Source of the DNA: a virus
Length of the DNA: 19,129 bases
Virus genome (UHGV): UHGV-0124847
Reading direction: 5' to 3' (one strand)
Translations under genes and position numbers: made by a program
Part shown: positions 1-8,025 of the stretch, piece after piece
Layout of the letters: each line of letters starts with the position of its first letter
Numbering within the stretch: position 1 is the first letter of the stretch
The notes under the pieces: generated by a model
Told to the model about the DNA's origin: nothing
Databases searched by the model: none
What the model saw: only the letters and a program-made list of their open reading frames with translations

Positions 1-49
1 TACCAGATGTGTACCAAACCATTATTTTTGAGCGTACCAAATATTATTT

Positions 50-1228
50 ATGGCTATAAGCGACACAAAACTGCGTACTATTTATGGTAAACCATATTCG
101 GGCCCACAAGAAGTGGCTGATGCAGATGGCCTCAGCGTACGAATTTCACCGAAGGGGGTCATCCAGTTCCAGTACCGCTATCGCTGGCATGGCAAGCCTA
201 ATCGCCTTGGGCTTGGTCGATACCCATCCCTGTCTTTGAAGGATGCCAGACAGATCACTGCTGACTTGCGAAAGCTCTATTTCTCAGGAACGGATCCACG
301 CACCTATTTTGAAGAGAAGGTGGAGAACTCCATGACGGTCGCCCAGTGTCTCGACTACTGGTTCGACAACTACGTCTCTACAACTCTCAGAGAAAAGACC
401 CAGGCACTTTACCGATCAACGGTTATGAAGCGCATGCATGACGCCTTCCCTAATCGTCCGGCATCTTCTATCACGGTTAAGCAATGGGTTGACCTGCTTA
501 CCGAAGAAGAAAAAGATAATCCACGCCGAGCAAGGCAGGTGCTAAGTCAACTAAGATCAGCAATTAGTTGGTGCATGCGGCGTCAGTTGATAGATAGTTG
601 CGCAATTATGAGCATCCAGCCAAGGGACTTCGGCTCCCGCGCTGAGGTAGGGGATCGGGTACTGTCGTATCACGAACTGGCTAAGATTTGGATTGCTATT
701 GAAAGAAGCCGTGCGTCTACGTCAAATAAGCTCCTTCATCAGATGCTTATGCTGTGGGGGGCGAGGCTCTCAGAGCTTAGGCTGGCAACAAAGACAGAAT
801 TTGACCTGCTGGAAAACGTATGGACCGTACCGAAAGAGCATAGCAAGATGGGTAATGTTATCCGCCGTCCAATCTTCGAACAAATTAAGCCTTTCCTCGA
901 AAAGGCCATGACAACGTACAATGATGTTCTTTTCCCTGGAGAAGACATAAACAAACCGATCAGCATCGCTGCAGCCAACCGATTCGTAAATAGAATAAGG
1001 GGAGGGATGGATATAGGTTACTGGCGAACACATGATTTCAGAAGAACGCTTGTTACACGTCTGTCCGAGATGAATGTCGAGCCTCATGTTACTGAGCGAA
1101 TGCTCGGTCATGAACTTGGCGGGATAATGTCCGTATACAATAAACACGACTGGATAGAGGCTCAGCGCAAAGCGTATGAGCTTCACGCTGATAAATTGTT
1201 CTGGCACATCAGGAACATTTCTGGTTAA
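50..1228 (+). CDS. int: Tyrosine site-specific integrase, P4-like family (N-terminal arm-binding region plus C-terminal catalytic domain)
   Basis: 392-aa ORF. N-terminus (GLSVRISPKGVIQFQYRYRWHGK...LGRYPSLSLKDAR) is typical of P4-type integrases; C-terminus carries HDFRRT and the HELGG...VY region expected for the catalytic His/Arg/Tyr residues. Sits at the edge of the phage gene block. Confidence 0.85.
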   Translation: MAISDTKLRTIYGKPYSGPQEVADADGLSVRISPKGVIQFQYRYRWHGKPNRLGLGRYPSLSLKDARQITADLRKLYFSGTDPRTYFEEKVENSMTVAQCLDYWFDNYVSTTLREKTQALYRSTVMKRMHDAFPNRPASSITVKQWVDLLTEEEKDNPRRARQVLSQLRSAISWCMRRQLIDSCAIMSIQPRDFGSRAEVGDRVLSYHELAKIWIAIERSRASTSNKLLHQMLMLWGARLSELRLATKTEFDLLENVWTVPKEHSKMGNVIRRPIFEQIKPFLEKAMTTYNDVLFPGEDINKPISIAAANRFVNRIRGGMDIGYWRTHDFRRTLVTRLSEMNVEPHVTERMLGHELGGIMSVYNKHDWIEAQRKAYELHADKLFWHIRNISG

Positions 1229-1400
1229 CGCCACCGTTAAGAATCCACCCTTCAACAGCTTCACGAAGGTATGATTTGGGGTGGGTTCTGACTGGCTTCG
1301 GAAATCCGTGCCGTTTGGTATAGTTCCAGATTGTCTGACGTGATGAAACACCGAGCTTGTTCATCACTTCTTTCTCAGGAATCAGGCTGGTATCGGTCAT
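1209..1400 (-). CDS. xis: AlpA/Xis-like small winged-helix DNA-binding protein (putative excisionase or regulator)
   Basis: 63-aa ORF with an AlpA-like pattern (KEVMNKLGVSSRQTIWNYTKRHGFPKP...W). Convergent with int, with 20 nt of 3' overlap. The true start could be the internal Met 12 codons in. Confidence 0.6.
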   Translation of the reverse strand: MTDTSLIPEKEVMNKLGVSSRQTIWNYTKRHGFPKPVRTHPKSYLREAVEGWILNGGVNQKCS

Positions 1401-1410
1401 CTTAATTCTC

Positions 1411-1440
1411 CAGGCAAAAAGAAACCGCCATCAGGCGGCT
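1411..1440 (-). terminator. Intrinsic terminator-like hairpin on the minus strand
   Basis: Minus-strand read: CCGCC-UGAU-GGCGG stem-loop followed by UUUCUUUUU. Overlaps the stop codon of the 55-aa ORF and lies just upstream of xis. Confidence 0.4.
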
Positions 1441-1598
1441 TGGTGTTCTTTCATTTCTTCAATTCGAATATTGGTTACGTCTGCATGTGCTATCTGCGCC
1501 CATATCATCCAGTGGTCATAGCAGTCGTTGATGTTCTCGGCTTCGATAACTCTGTTGAATGGTTCTCCATTCCATTCACCTGTAACTCGGAAGTGCAT
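1431..1598 (-). CDS. Hypothetical small protein (55 aa, MHFRVTGEWNGEPF...)
   Basis: Hand-translated ORF below the 60-aa track cutoff. GGAGA Shine-Dalgarno 7 nt upstream of the ATG; first in-frame start after an upstream stop; ends inside the terminator hairpin. Confidence 0.45.
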   Translation of the reverse strand: MHFRVTGEWNGEPFNRVIEAENINDCYDHWMIWAQIAHADVTNIRIEEMKEHQAA

Positions 1599-1698
1599 TT
1601 ATCATCTCCATAAAACAAAACTCGCCGTAGCGAGTTCAGATAAAAGAAATCCCCTCGAGTGCGAGGATTGTTATTCACCTTTAACGGCAAGTTGCAGG

Positions 1699-1986
1699 TT
1701 AGCCACGACCTTCCTCCTTTGGCTTGTGAATTTGTATCGTCATGCCGCTTTGAGTGGTGACTACAATGACAGAACCAGGCTGAAGGCTGTTAAGATTGAA
1801 TGCTTCGTAAAACGAATCCAATGCCAGTGCTTTTTTATTCTTTCGGTTCCACCAACGCCATCCCTTGCTACAGGCTACACTGACAATCCACTGTCCACTC
1901 CTGTAAGCCATATAAAACCAGATGAGCAAAACCTGAAGGAATGCTATCCAGTCAATAATCGTATATTTCGCGAAGGAGTCCATCAC
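1699..1986 (-). CDS. Hypothetical protein with N-terminal hydrophobic segment (95 aa)
   Basis: ORF on the strand shared by the neighbouring genes; stop overlaps the start region of the upstream DUF551 gene (1983..1986). Hydrophobic stretch IIDWIAFLQVLLIWFYMAY. Confidence 0.45.
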   Translation of the reverse strand: MMDSFAKYTIIDWIAFLQVLLIWFYMAYRSGQWIVSVACSKGWRWWNRKNKKALALDSFYEAFNLNSLQPGSVIVVTTQSGMTIQIHKPKEEGRG

Positions 1987-2738
1987 TTCACCTCCTGCGG
2001 CGGCTCCGGTAGCAGCATCCAGTGGGTTACACCGCCAATTGGCTCATCGTCGTCGTACTCCAATGCGGCTATATAGAACCCGTCACGACGAGAATAAGAA
2101 ATCCCTGACATTACAATGCCATCCGAAACAACAATAATGTCACCCGTTTCTTCCGGCATTCGCTCACTACAGCTTATCCAACCATCCGGAGTTACCGGAG
2201 TTGGTCCATCGAATTCGGGCATGTCAGGACCTTTTCTGATAGCTTTAGCCAGCTCCAGCGGGTCATCGTAAAGCCAGTCGCCAGTTTGTGGGTGATTTGC
2301 TTCTGCAAGCTGCGCAGCCCATTCAAGACCATCTTTTTGACCTTGGAGATAATCAAGCGGCAACTCTTCATGATTACTTGCAGGTTCGGCACTATGAAGC
2401 ATGGCAGCGCGGCAGGCGTTCCAGCCTCTTACCTCTGCAATAGCGGCAACCGCATCAACCGCGTACATGCTAAGAGGATTAGGAATTGGTTTTTCTTCCG
2501 GTACTACTGGCGCTGGAGGGGTGGCGTAGAGTGGAACTCCTCCCCCTCCACCAGAAAATTCATTGCGAGCGTTATACTCACGACCATCTGCGTCATCACG
2601 CATCCACGCCACCGGCTCTGCTTCCAGCGATGCCAGTGCAATTTCATAAGCACGGCGCTCAATATTGTCTCGAACGTCCAGGCCGCCTATGCGCTCTTTG
2701 ATTTCTTTAATCAGTTCTTTGTCGGTTAAAGTGGTCAT
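1983..2738 (-). CDS. DUF551-domain phage protein (ea-region accessory protein)
   Basis: 251-aa ORF. C-terminal region (WISCSERMPEE...THWMLLPEPP) matches the DUF551 signature common in lambdoid prophage ea regions; Gly-rich linker GGGGG. Confidence 0.7.
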   Translation of the reverse strand: MTTLTDKELIKEIKERIGGLDVRDNIERRAYEIALASLEAEPVAWMRDDADGREYNARNEFSGGGGGVPLYATPPAPVVPEEKPIPNPLSMYAVDAVAAIAEVRGWNACRAAMLHSAEPASNHEELPLDYLQGQKDGLEWAAQLAEANHPQTGDWLYDDPLELAKAIRKGPDMPEFDGPTPVTPDGWISCSERMPEETGDIIVVSDGIVMSGISYSRRDGFYIAALEYDDDEPIGGVTHWMLLPEPPQEVK

Positions 2739-2741
2739 GTG

Positions 2742-2891
2742 TTAGTCCTCTGTAGCAGGTGATACGCCGTAGTTGCATTCTTCATAGAATATGTCTCTGC
2801 CTATTTCTTCGGCATCCTCTGGCGTGTCTGCTTCAAACTCAACAACCTTGCAATCATTAAATCCTTCGATAGTCACGATATACTTAGCCAT
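2742..2891 (-). CDS. Hypothetical small acidic protein (49 aa from Met MAKYIV)
   Basis: Track ORF 2742..2972 overlaps the upstream gene. Starting at the internal ATG ends the overlap and sits 1 nt after the upstream stop. Confidence 0.4.
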   Translation of the reverse strand: MAKYIVTIEGFNDCKVVEFEADTPEDAEEIGRDIFYEECNYGVSPATED

Positions 2892-2892
2892 A

Positions 2893-3591
2893 TCACTCTC
2901 CTTTGATGCGAATGCCAGCGGCGCGTGGCACATTAACTTCCACGATGCGCACAGTTGGTTTGTACATCTCAATCGCTGTCAGCCAGTCAGCGCCAGTCAT
3001 GCGCTTTTCTGCATCGCCATTAGTCCACTTAACCGGTACACCAATAGCCTTCATCGCGATTTCTATTTCCCCGGCAATGGCGCTTTTTCCGCAACCAGTA
3101 AAACCAGAAACAACGACAAGAACTTCACCTTTGGCTGGTTTTATTTCCCGTGCTTCCAGTTCAGCAATACGCTTACTCCCATCCGAGATAACACCTTCGT
3201 AATACTCGCGTTGCTCGTTGAGTTTTGATTTTGCTTCCTCAAGCTCAACACGCAGTTTCCCTACCGTTAGCGCAATATCCTCGTTCTCCTGGTCGCGGCG
3301 TTTGATGTATTGCTGGTTTCTTTCCCGTTCATCCAGCAGCGTCAGCACAGTAGCCGGACTGGCTGCGGCGATGAATTCAGCATTGGCCTGCTGTTCCATT
3401 TGGAAATCTTCATCGAAACCGCTTTCAGGATGCGCTCCTTCAATTCTGCAAATGGGAATATATCCAGCAGCCTCGCGATGAATTAGGGCATCATCACCAT
3501 CAAATCGGCTCTCTCCATATTCGAGCGACCACTCACCACACGTTGCTTTCTCTGCCTTGGCACGCAGTGCCTGATAGTCAATCTTGTTCAT
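2893..3591 (-). CDS. Ead/Ea22-like phage protein
   Basis: 232-aa ORF with a central coiled-coil (LTVGKLRVELEEAKSKLNEQREYYE) and a C-terminal P-loop-like GFTGCGKS. Position and architecture are typical of Ead/Ea22 family proteins of lambdoid phages. Confidence 0.6.
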   Translation of the reverse strand: MNKIDYQALRAKAEKATCGEWSLEYGESRFDGDDALIHREAAGYIPICRIEGAHPESGFDEDFQMEQQANAEFIAAASPATVLTLLDERERNQQYIKRRDQENEDIALTVGKLRVELEEAKSKLNEQREYYEGVISDGSKRIAELEAREIKPAKGEVLVVVSGFTGCGKSAIAGEIEIAMKAIGVPVKWTNGDAEKRMTGADWLTAIEMYKPTVRIVEVNVPRAAGIRIKGE

Positions 3592-3592
3592 G

Positions 3593-3892
3593 TCACATCA
3601 CCCTGAATCCGTTGCATTTACGTAAGAAATCGCAGATATAGCCCTTCATTTTTTCATGCCAATCTCGATCATTCCCATTGCACCAACCATCAGGTGGAGT
3701 CCAGTTTTCTATCAGAGCAGCCATTTTCTTTGCTTTCGCCGGAGTAGCTGTTGCGGTATCGCAGTAATGACGAGTGTTAACCAACGCATCCATACCATCG
3801 ATATCAAGTACGCAAAACCATGTGTGATTCGGCATTTCAACAGATGGTATTTGTTGCCCACGTCGACGTTTATCAATAAGACATACAGTCAT
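3593..3892 (-). CDS. Hypothetical phage protein (99 aa)
   Basis: ORF tightly packed with neighbours (2-nt gap downstream, 4-nt overlap upstream), same strand as the operon. Confidence 0.5.
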   Translation of the reverse strand: MTVCLIDKRRRGQQIPSVEMPNHTWFCVLDIDGMDALVNTRHYCDTATATPAKAKKMAALIENWTPPDGWCNGNDRDWHEKMKGYICDFLRKCNGFRVM

Positions 3893-4092
3893 GGTTCCAC
3901 CTTCTCTATTTGCTTAAGACCGTCTCTCACTGCATTAAGTACGCGTTCCAGATACTGGTATTTCGGGTTTGGTGCCGTTGGCCAGTCGGCATACCACGGA
4001 TCATCACCAAAGAGATTCAGCAGTTTGTTACCGACACCGAAACAACAGCAGCTTTCTTTTACGTCATCGGCGTTTTCCGCCTCGTCCCACAT
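3889..4092 (-). CDS. Hypothetical small protein (67 aa)
   Basis: ORF in operon orientation; start overlaps the 3' end of the upstream ORF. Confidence 0.45.
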   Translation of the reverse strand: MWDEAENADDVKESCCCFGVGNKLLNLFGDDPWYADWPTAPNPKYQYLERVLNAVRDGLKQIEKVEP

Positions 4093-4432
4093 TTCTCGAG
4101 CCTGTACCGCGTCGATTTCTCTCTCTTCGTAACTTTATGATTTCTGACTTCACGAAAAGCAGATTTGCATCGTTGTCATCGTCGACCGTGCTTCGCAGTT
4201 GAGGGTCGAAATAGCCGATTAGATACTCGTTGCTGACCCGCTTAATGAACGTCTGCACATCATCACCGCCCATAGCAAACCAAGCCGCAGTCCACGCTTT
4301 TCCGTAGCAGGTGATGGTGATTCTTCCCTTACCAGGTTCGTAGTTTTCAATCATCACTCGAACCGGATCTAGTCGCTCTGCACCGGTTATAACGAATGAC
4401 AACACATCAATCTTTTCAACCGTTACACTCAC
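4064..4432 (-). CDS. Hypothetical phage protein (122 aa; C-terminal 20 aa possibly out of frame)
   Basis: ORF in operon orientation with a 4-nt overlap to the upstream gene. The basic tail (RRERNRRGTGSRNVGRGGKRR) is unlike the rest and overlaps the next ORF. Confidence 0.45.
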   Translation of the reverse strand: MSVTVEKIDVLSFVITGAERLDPVRVMIENYEPGKGRITITCYGKAWTAAWFAMGGDDVQTFIKRVSNEYLIGYFDPQLRSTVDDDNDANLLFVKSEIIKLRRERNRRGTGSRNVGRGGKRR

Positions 4433-4917
4433 TGGTTGCCTCCTTTGCGAAGCTGGTCGGCGAACAAACGTACACCAGACGCTTCACTGCGTAGAAACTT
4501 AACGGCATCATCAAAACCACCTCGTTCTGCGTCGTCTGCTCCGTTGTCGAGGTTATCTGCGTACATCTCTACCCCCTGCGCCCGTACTTCAGCCAGGAAA
4601 GCATCAGTGGTTGGCGTTTCAGGTATCTGTCTCCTCATCCGTTCTATTGCATGATTGAACCCGAAGTCTTCCGCGAGAGATACGTCATCCATATTGTCAT
4701 TGTCATCCTCAATATCCCGTGATTCTGGAATTGCAGACTTTATTCCCGCATTCTCCGCTGCCAGCGCCGCGCACTTGGCCTCCGCTTCAGCAAATTTACG
4801 CACCAGATATTCAGCGTTTGTTTCGTTAACCTTTAAATCACTTGGGATGCATTTACCTTTCAGAAATCCATCCATCTCAATTAGTGTCATTTGTTTCATT
4901 TCTTCCCACTCCGCCAC
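4429..4917 (-). CDS. Hypothetical acidic phage protein (162 aa)
   Basis: ORF in operon orientation, strongly acidic (D/E-rich), in the ea region. Confidence 0.5.
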   Translation of the reverse strand: MAEWEEMKQMTLIEMDGFLKGKCIPSDLKVNETNAEYLVRKFAEAEAKCAALAAENAGIKSAIPESRDIEDDNDNMDDVSLAEDFGFNHAIERMRRQIPETPTTDAFLAEVRAQGVEMYADNLDNGADDAERGGFDDAVKFLRSEASGVRLFADQLRKGGNQ

Positions 4918-5093
4918 ATCGCATTCAGATATTTGTTTTGATTCACTGATGGAAAAGAATTTCTCTTAAGCAATTCCTCTCTCGATGGCATTGGCTTTAC
5001 GCGCTGGCGAATAATCATTTCTGCCGGAAGAATGCCGGGATTGTATGCAAGTCCTCTCATGGTAAATTCCTCAGTCATTACTGATAGCGCCAT
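4896..5093 (-). CDS. Hypothetical small protein (about 66 aa from the internal Met)
   Basis: Track ORF 4896..5210 overlaps ORF 5071..5385 in another frame. The internal Met ([10 protein letters not shown]) gives a short overlap consistent with operon packing. Confidence 0.3.
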   Translation of the reverse strand: MALSVMTEEFTMRGLAYNPGILPAEMIIRQRVKPMPSREELLKRNSFPSVNQNKYLNAMWRSGKK

Positions 5094-5385
5094 AGCGTGA
5101 GCGGTAATTACGCAGGCGCGGGTCAATTTCAGGGAAGTGGGTATATGTGGCTTTGCGGAATGGTCGGATTGATGTCTGGTAAATTCGCTCGCGTTCTTCT
5201 TTCTCTGCAAGCCATATACAGTGGCGAAATTCCTTTTCCTTTTTCGTTTCCTGCGGTAGAGACATTATCCGATCGTAGTTTTTTCTGAATTTATCCAGCA
5301 CCTCCGATACGGAATTGCCGGAACAGCGGCGCGGGTCATCCGCACCATACAGAGGCGCTGGCATAATGGAATCCTTATTTTGCAA
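5071..5385 (-). CDS. Hypothetical phage protein (104 aa)
   Basis: ORF immediately downstream of the SSB-like gene (2-nt gap), same strand. Confidence 0.5.
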   Translation of the reverse strand: MQNKDSIMPAPLYGADDPRRCSGNSVSEVLDKFRKNYDRIMSLPQETKKEKEFRHCIWLAEKEERERIYQTSIRPFRKATYTHFPEIDPRLRNYRSRYGAISND

Positions 5386-5387
5386 AT

Positions 5388-5771
5388 CTAGAAGGGAATT
5401 GAATCGTCGTATTCAGGATGATTTTGATGATTGCTACTTTGCTGCTGTTGGCTGTTTCCTGAAGTTGCAAATCCAATCTTTGCATTCAGTAATTCAAGAT
5501 TGATTGATTGACCATTTTGCCCCTGATAAACATCAACTCTGATGTTTTCTCCGGTAATTTCTACAATTCCACCTTCAACAAGAACACTACGGTAGTAATC
5601 CGCTTGCGCTCCCGGCTTGGCAAATACAACGGCGCTGTAGTTTGTCCATTCTTTCTTTTTTGTCTGGCGATCGTAATACTGAACGCCAGCACGGATGTTG
5701 AATCCGATATTTTCCCCGGCCTGAAACTCTCTTACGGGCTTGTTTAGTCTTACAGTAATCGAATGTGCCAT
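5388..5771 (-). CDS. SSB-like single-strand DNA-binding protein with acidic C-terminal tail
   Basis: 127-aa ORF directly downstream of erf. Gln/Ser-rich linker then a C-terminal ...PEYDDSIPF, resembling the DDDIPF tail of bacterial SSB. The N-terminal OB-fold assignment is inferred. Confidence 0.55.
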   Translation of the reverse strand: MAHSITVRLNKPVREFQAGENIGFNIRAGVQYYDRQTKKKEWTNYSAVVFAKPGAQADYYRSVLVEGGIVEITGENIRVDVYQGQNGQSINLELLNAKIGFATSGNSQQQQSSNHQNHPEYDDSIPF

Positions 5772-6376
5772 TAAGCAGCCGCTCCTTCTAATTCATTTCG
5801 TCTGATGTTGTAAACGTCCTGCGCTTTGTGCTGCTCCGGTGTGCCTTCGAGCATCTTCCACGCTTTGGCGAACGCCTGTTTAAGCTCTTCCACGTTGTTT
5901 TTCTGCATTGCTGCGTCAGTGAATGCTTTTAGAACCTGTTCAGGTGTAGGTGATGGTTTTGATTGCTTTGCTGCTGCGTTCTGCTGATGTTTATGCTCGT
6001 CTGTATCTGCATCTTTCGCATCATCAATGCCGAATAAACCATTGAGGCAATACTTGCGTGCATAAGAGCTTGTAGCTCCCGTAACTTGTGCAGAATCCAT
6101 TCCCTTCTTGCTTTCTTCCTCTCGTGCAAGAGCGGTTGCCGTATGACTGTTTTCGCCATCGGTAATAGTTGCCGTGGCTTTCACGTAATACCGATCACCA
6201 ATCAACACAACTTCATCGCTGATTGATAAAAACAGGCCATTCAGTAACGGCTTAACACCCTCAAGAATGTCTTCGCAGCTTCTGTATTTATATTTGCCGA
6301 ATGAGTTGTATTGATTCTTTGGCGCGTTCAGATTCTCCTGAATAGCTGCCAGTCTTGCGTAAAATTCTTTGCTCAT
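5771..6376 (-). CDS. erf: Erf-family single-strand annealing recombinase
   Basis: The N-terminal region (MSKEFYARLAAIQENLNAPKNQYNSFGKYKYRSCEDILEGVKP...) matches the P22 Erf family. The track ORF begins at an upstream TTG (6406); the ATG at 6376 is preferred because the upstream 56-aa ORF ends at 6387. Confidence 0.85.
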   Translation of the reverse strand: MSKEFYARLAAIQENLNAPKNQYNSFGKYKYRSCEDILEGVKPLLNGLFLSISDEVVLIGDRYYVKATATITDGENSHTATALAREEESKKGMDSAQVTGATSSYARKYCLNGLFGIDDAKDADTDEHKHQQNAAAKQSKPSPTPEQVLKAFTDAAMQKNNVEELKQAFAKAWKMLEGTPEQHKAQDVYNIRRNELEGAAA

Positions 6377-6386
6377 ATGATTGTTC

Positions 6387-6557
6387 TCAGAATGGACATG
6401 GCCCAAGGAAATAACGCTGATTTAATACTTCGACTCGGGACAAGTTAAGGCATACCCGCATTCCTTCGCGGTCGCCATTATGGCGATACCAGAGAGCTTT
6501 CTGCGTGTACATGCGTCTCTGTAACTTGCTCTCCTTCACTGTGGTTGCAAGTGACAT
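6387..6557 (-). CDS. Hypothetical small protein (56 aa, MSLATTVKESKLQRRMYTQKALWYRHNGDREGMRVCLNLSRVEVLNQRYFLGPCPF)
   Basis: Hand-translated. Strong AAGGAG Shine-Dalgarno 6 nt upstream; in-frame stop just upstream of the ATG; lies between the kil-like gene and erf. Confidence 0.45.
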   Translation of the reverse strand: MSLATTVKESKLQRRMYTQKALWYRHNGDREGMRVCLNLSRVEVLNQRYFLGPCPF

Positions 6558-6632
6558 GAATATCTCCTTCGTTACCGATTAAATCTTTCATCTGACGAAT
6601 GAATTCTTCGTCTGACCAGTTATCTGTAAAAC

Positions 6633-6785
6633 TCATTTCCTGCGATACCACGGAAGGTTGATAGCTGATTTCATCGCTTTATTTGCTTCAAGCCACATTT
6701 TTGAATCACCAATAAATCTGGCTATTACTGCTTTGTTCTGTGCAGCACGAAGCATCTGGTGATTGATGGCTATTTCATTGCGCAT
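6633..6785 (-). CDS. kil: Kil-like small protein (50 aa)
   Basis: Hand-translated ORF (MRNEIAINHQMLRAAQNKAVIARFIGDSKMWLEANKAMKSAINLPWYRRK) immediately downstream of cIII, as in lambda. The IAxFIGDxKM motif resembles my recollection of lambda Kil; not verified. Confidence 0.45.
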   Translation of the reverse strand: MRNEIAINHQMLRAAQNKAVIARFIGDSKMWLEANKAMKSAINLPWYRRK

Positions 6786-6901
6786 AATAAGACCTCAACT
6801 CTTTTCCATCCGTCACGTAATTTACGGGTGATTCGTTCAAGTAAAGATTCATTTAGTTGGAAGGCACCCATGCGAGCGCCTCCCGCGATTGCGTAAATCA
6901 T
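6770..6901 (-). CDS. cIII: CIII-like protein (protease-inhibitor regulator of CII stability)
   Basis: Hand-translated 43-aa ORF (MIYAIAGGARMGAFQLNESLLERITRKLRDGWKRVEVLLCAMK). The core ESLLERITRKLRDGWKR matches the conserved lambda CIII region ESLLDRITRKLRDGWKR. Confidence 0.8.
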   Translation of the reverse strand: MIYAIAGGARMGAFQLNESLLERITRKLRDGWKRVEVLLCAMK

Positions 6902-6925
6902 GGGTGGTTCCTTATGTTGGTTTTA

Positions 6926-7894
6926 TTAGTAGGTTATTTTTGTTGCGAATACTTCGCCTTTTACGATGGCTGTTATGATATTTTTAGCAACATCTTCTGA
7001 TGCACCAACCTTGATAAGGTCAGTAAGTATTTTGTTATTTACTTCTTTCCGGTGAGCTTTATCCTTTGCTCTACGCTCTTCTTCGTCCTTGATTCTTTTT
7101 TCTTCTGCTATTCTGGCTTGCTCTTTTGCTTCAGCCTCGCGACGGATTCGTTCAGCCTCCTCCTGTGCTTTTCTGCGTTCTGCTTCAATTGCCGCCTGCT
7201 TTTCTCTTTCAGCTCGTTCTGCTGCCTCTTTTGCTTCGCGCTGTGCTCGTTGCTCGGCTTCAATGCGTTCACGCTCTGCACGTTCCGCTGCGGCCTTAGC
7301 TTCTGCTTCTCGCCTTGCTGCTGCTTCAATTTCGGCTTTTGCCTTTGCTTCGGCTTCTGCTCTGGCTTTCTCTTCAGCTTCTCTTTTTAAGCGTTCTTCA
7401 TGCTCTCGCTTTTCCTGCTCCGCTTTGAGTCTTGCCTCTTCTCTTTGGCGGTCAAATTCGCGATCCATCAAAATCGCTATTTCATGGTCAGACTCAATTT
7501 GCTTTGCGAGAGCTTCAGCTGCTGCCTTAGCTTCTTCTTCGGCTTTAATCCGTGCCTGTTCCTCCTCATAATCAGTAAGAGGCTGGCGCGCCTTGGCTTT
7601 CAGTTCATCAAGGCGATCGCGCACTGTCTTGCGGTTGGCATCAATTAGCTTTGGAATTTCCTTCAGTTCAGCAACAAGGTCTTTGCCAAGACCATCGAGA
7701 TATGTTTTCGTCTGCGCAACTTTATACGCCAGAGAAGCGATCTCCTTTCTGCCCTTTGCCGTTGTGATATCAGGCACAAAGGACATAACTTCACGTTCAA
7801 CCTTTTGAAGGATTTCTTCAATCTGGTCGGCAGACTGAAATACAGTCATTGCATTTGCTTTTTCAATAACAACTAAATCTGTTACTTCACTCAT
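6926..7894 (-). CDS. Phage coiled-coil protein with a long E/A/K/R-rich low-complexity central region
   Basis: 322-aa ORF with a GGAGG Shine-Dalgarno upstream. Structured N- and C-terminal regions flank about 150 aa of near-periodic EAKAAAERAERE-type sequence, which is visibly periodic at nucleotide level. Confidence 0.7.
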   Translation of the reverse strand: MSEVTDLVVIEKANAMTVFQSADQIEEILQKVEREVMSFVPDITTAKGRKEIASLAYKVAQTKTYLDGLGKDLVAELKEIPKLIDANRKTVRDRLDELKAKARQPLTDYEEEQARIKAEEEAKAAAEALAKQIESDHEIAILMDREFDRQREEARLKAEQEKREHEERLKREAEEKARAEAEAKAKAEIEAAARREAEAKAAAERAERERIEAEQRAQREAKEAAERAEREKQAAIEAERRKAQEEAERIRREAEAKEQARIAEEKRIKDEEERRAKDKAHRKEVNNKILTDLIKVGASEDVAKNIITAIVKGEVFATKITY

Positions 7895-7906
7895 ATATCC
7901 TCCGTC

Positions 7907-7932
7907 AAAAAATTGCCCTCACACTGGAGGGC
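7907..7932 (-). terminator. Intrinsic terminator (minus strand), tL-like
   Basis: GCCCTC-cagtgt-GAGGGC hairpin followed on the minus strand by AATTTTTTG, 13 nt upstream of the coiled-coil gene start. Confidence 0.5.
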
Positions 7933-8025
7933 AAAGAAGATTTCCAATAATCAGAACAAGTCGGCTCCTGTTTAGTTACGAGCGACATTGCTCACATAGC
8001 AGACTCGCAAATCTGCTATAGGTGC

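Noticed and set aside
1528-2076. Plus-strand 182-aa ORF, and the minus-strand 61-aa ORF at 1505..1690
   Set aside because: The plus ORF is antisense to the minus-strand operon and begins at TTG with no ribosome-binding site. The 61-aa minus ORF overlaps the better-supported 55-aa ORF (Shine-Dalgarno plus terminator) in another frame.
2192-3228. Several 66-147-aa ORFs on both strands overlapping the DUF551 and Ead-like genes
   Set aside because: Antisense or alternative frames of longer, tightly packed minus-strand genes.
7052-7571. Plus-strand ORFs of 112 and 160 aa (Cys/Phe/Leu-rich and Ala/Ser-rich) and a minus-strand 73-aa ORF inside the coiled-coil gene
   Set aside because: These are alternative-frame and antisense readings of the E/A/K/R codon repeat; low-complexity artefacts with no start context, lying antisense within a well-supported gene.
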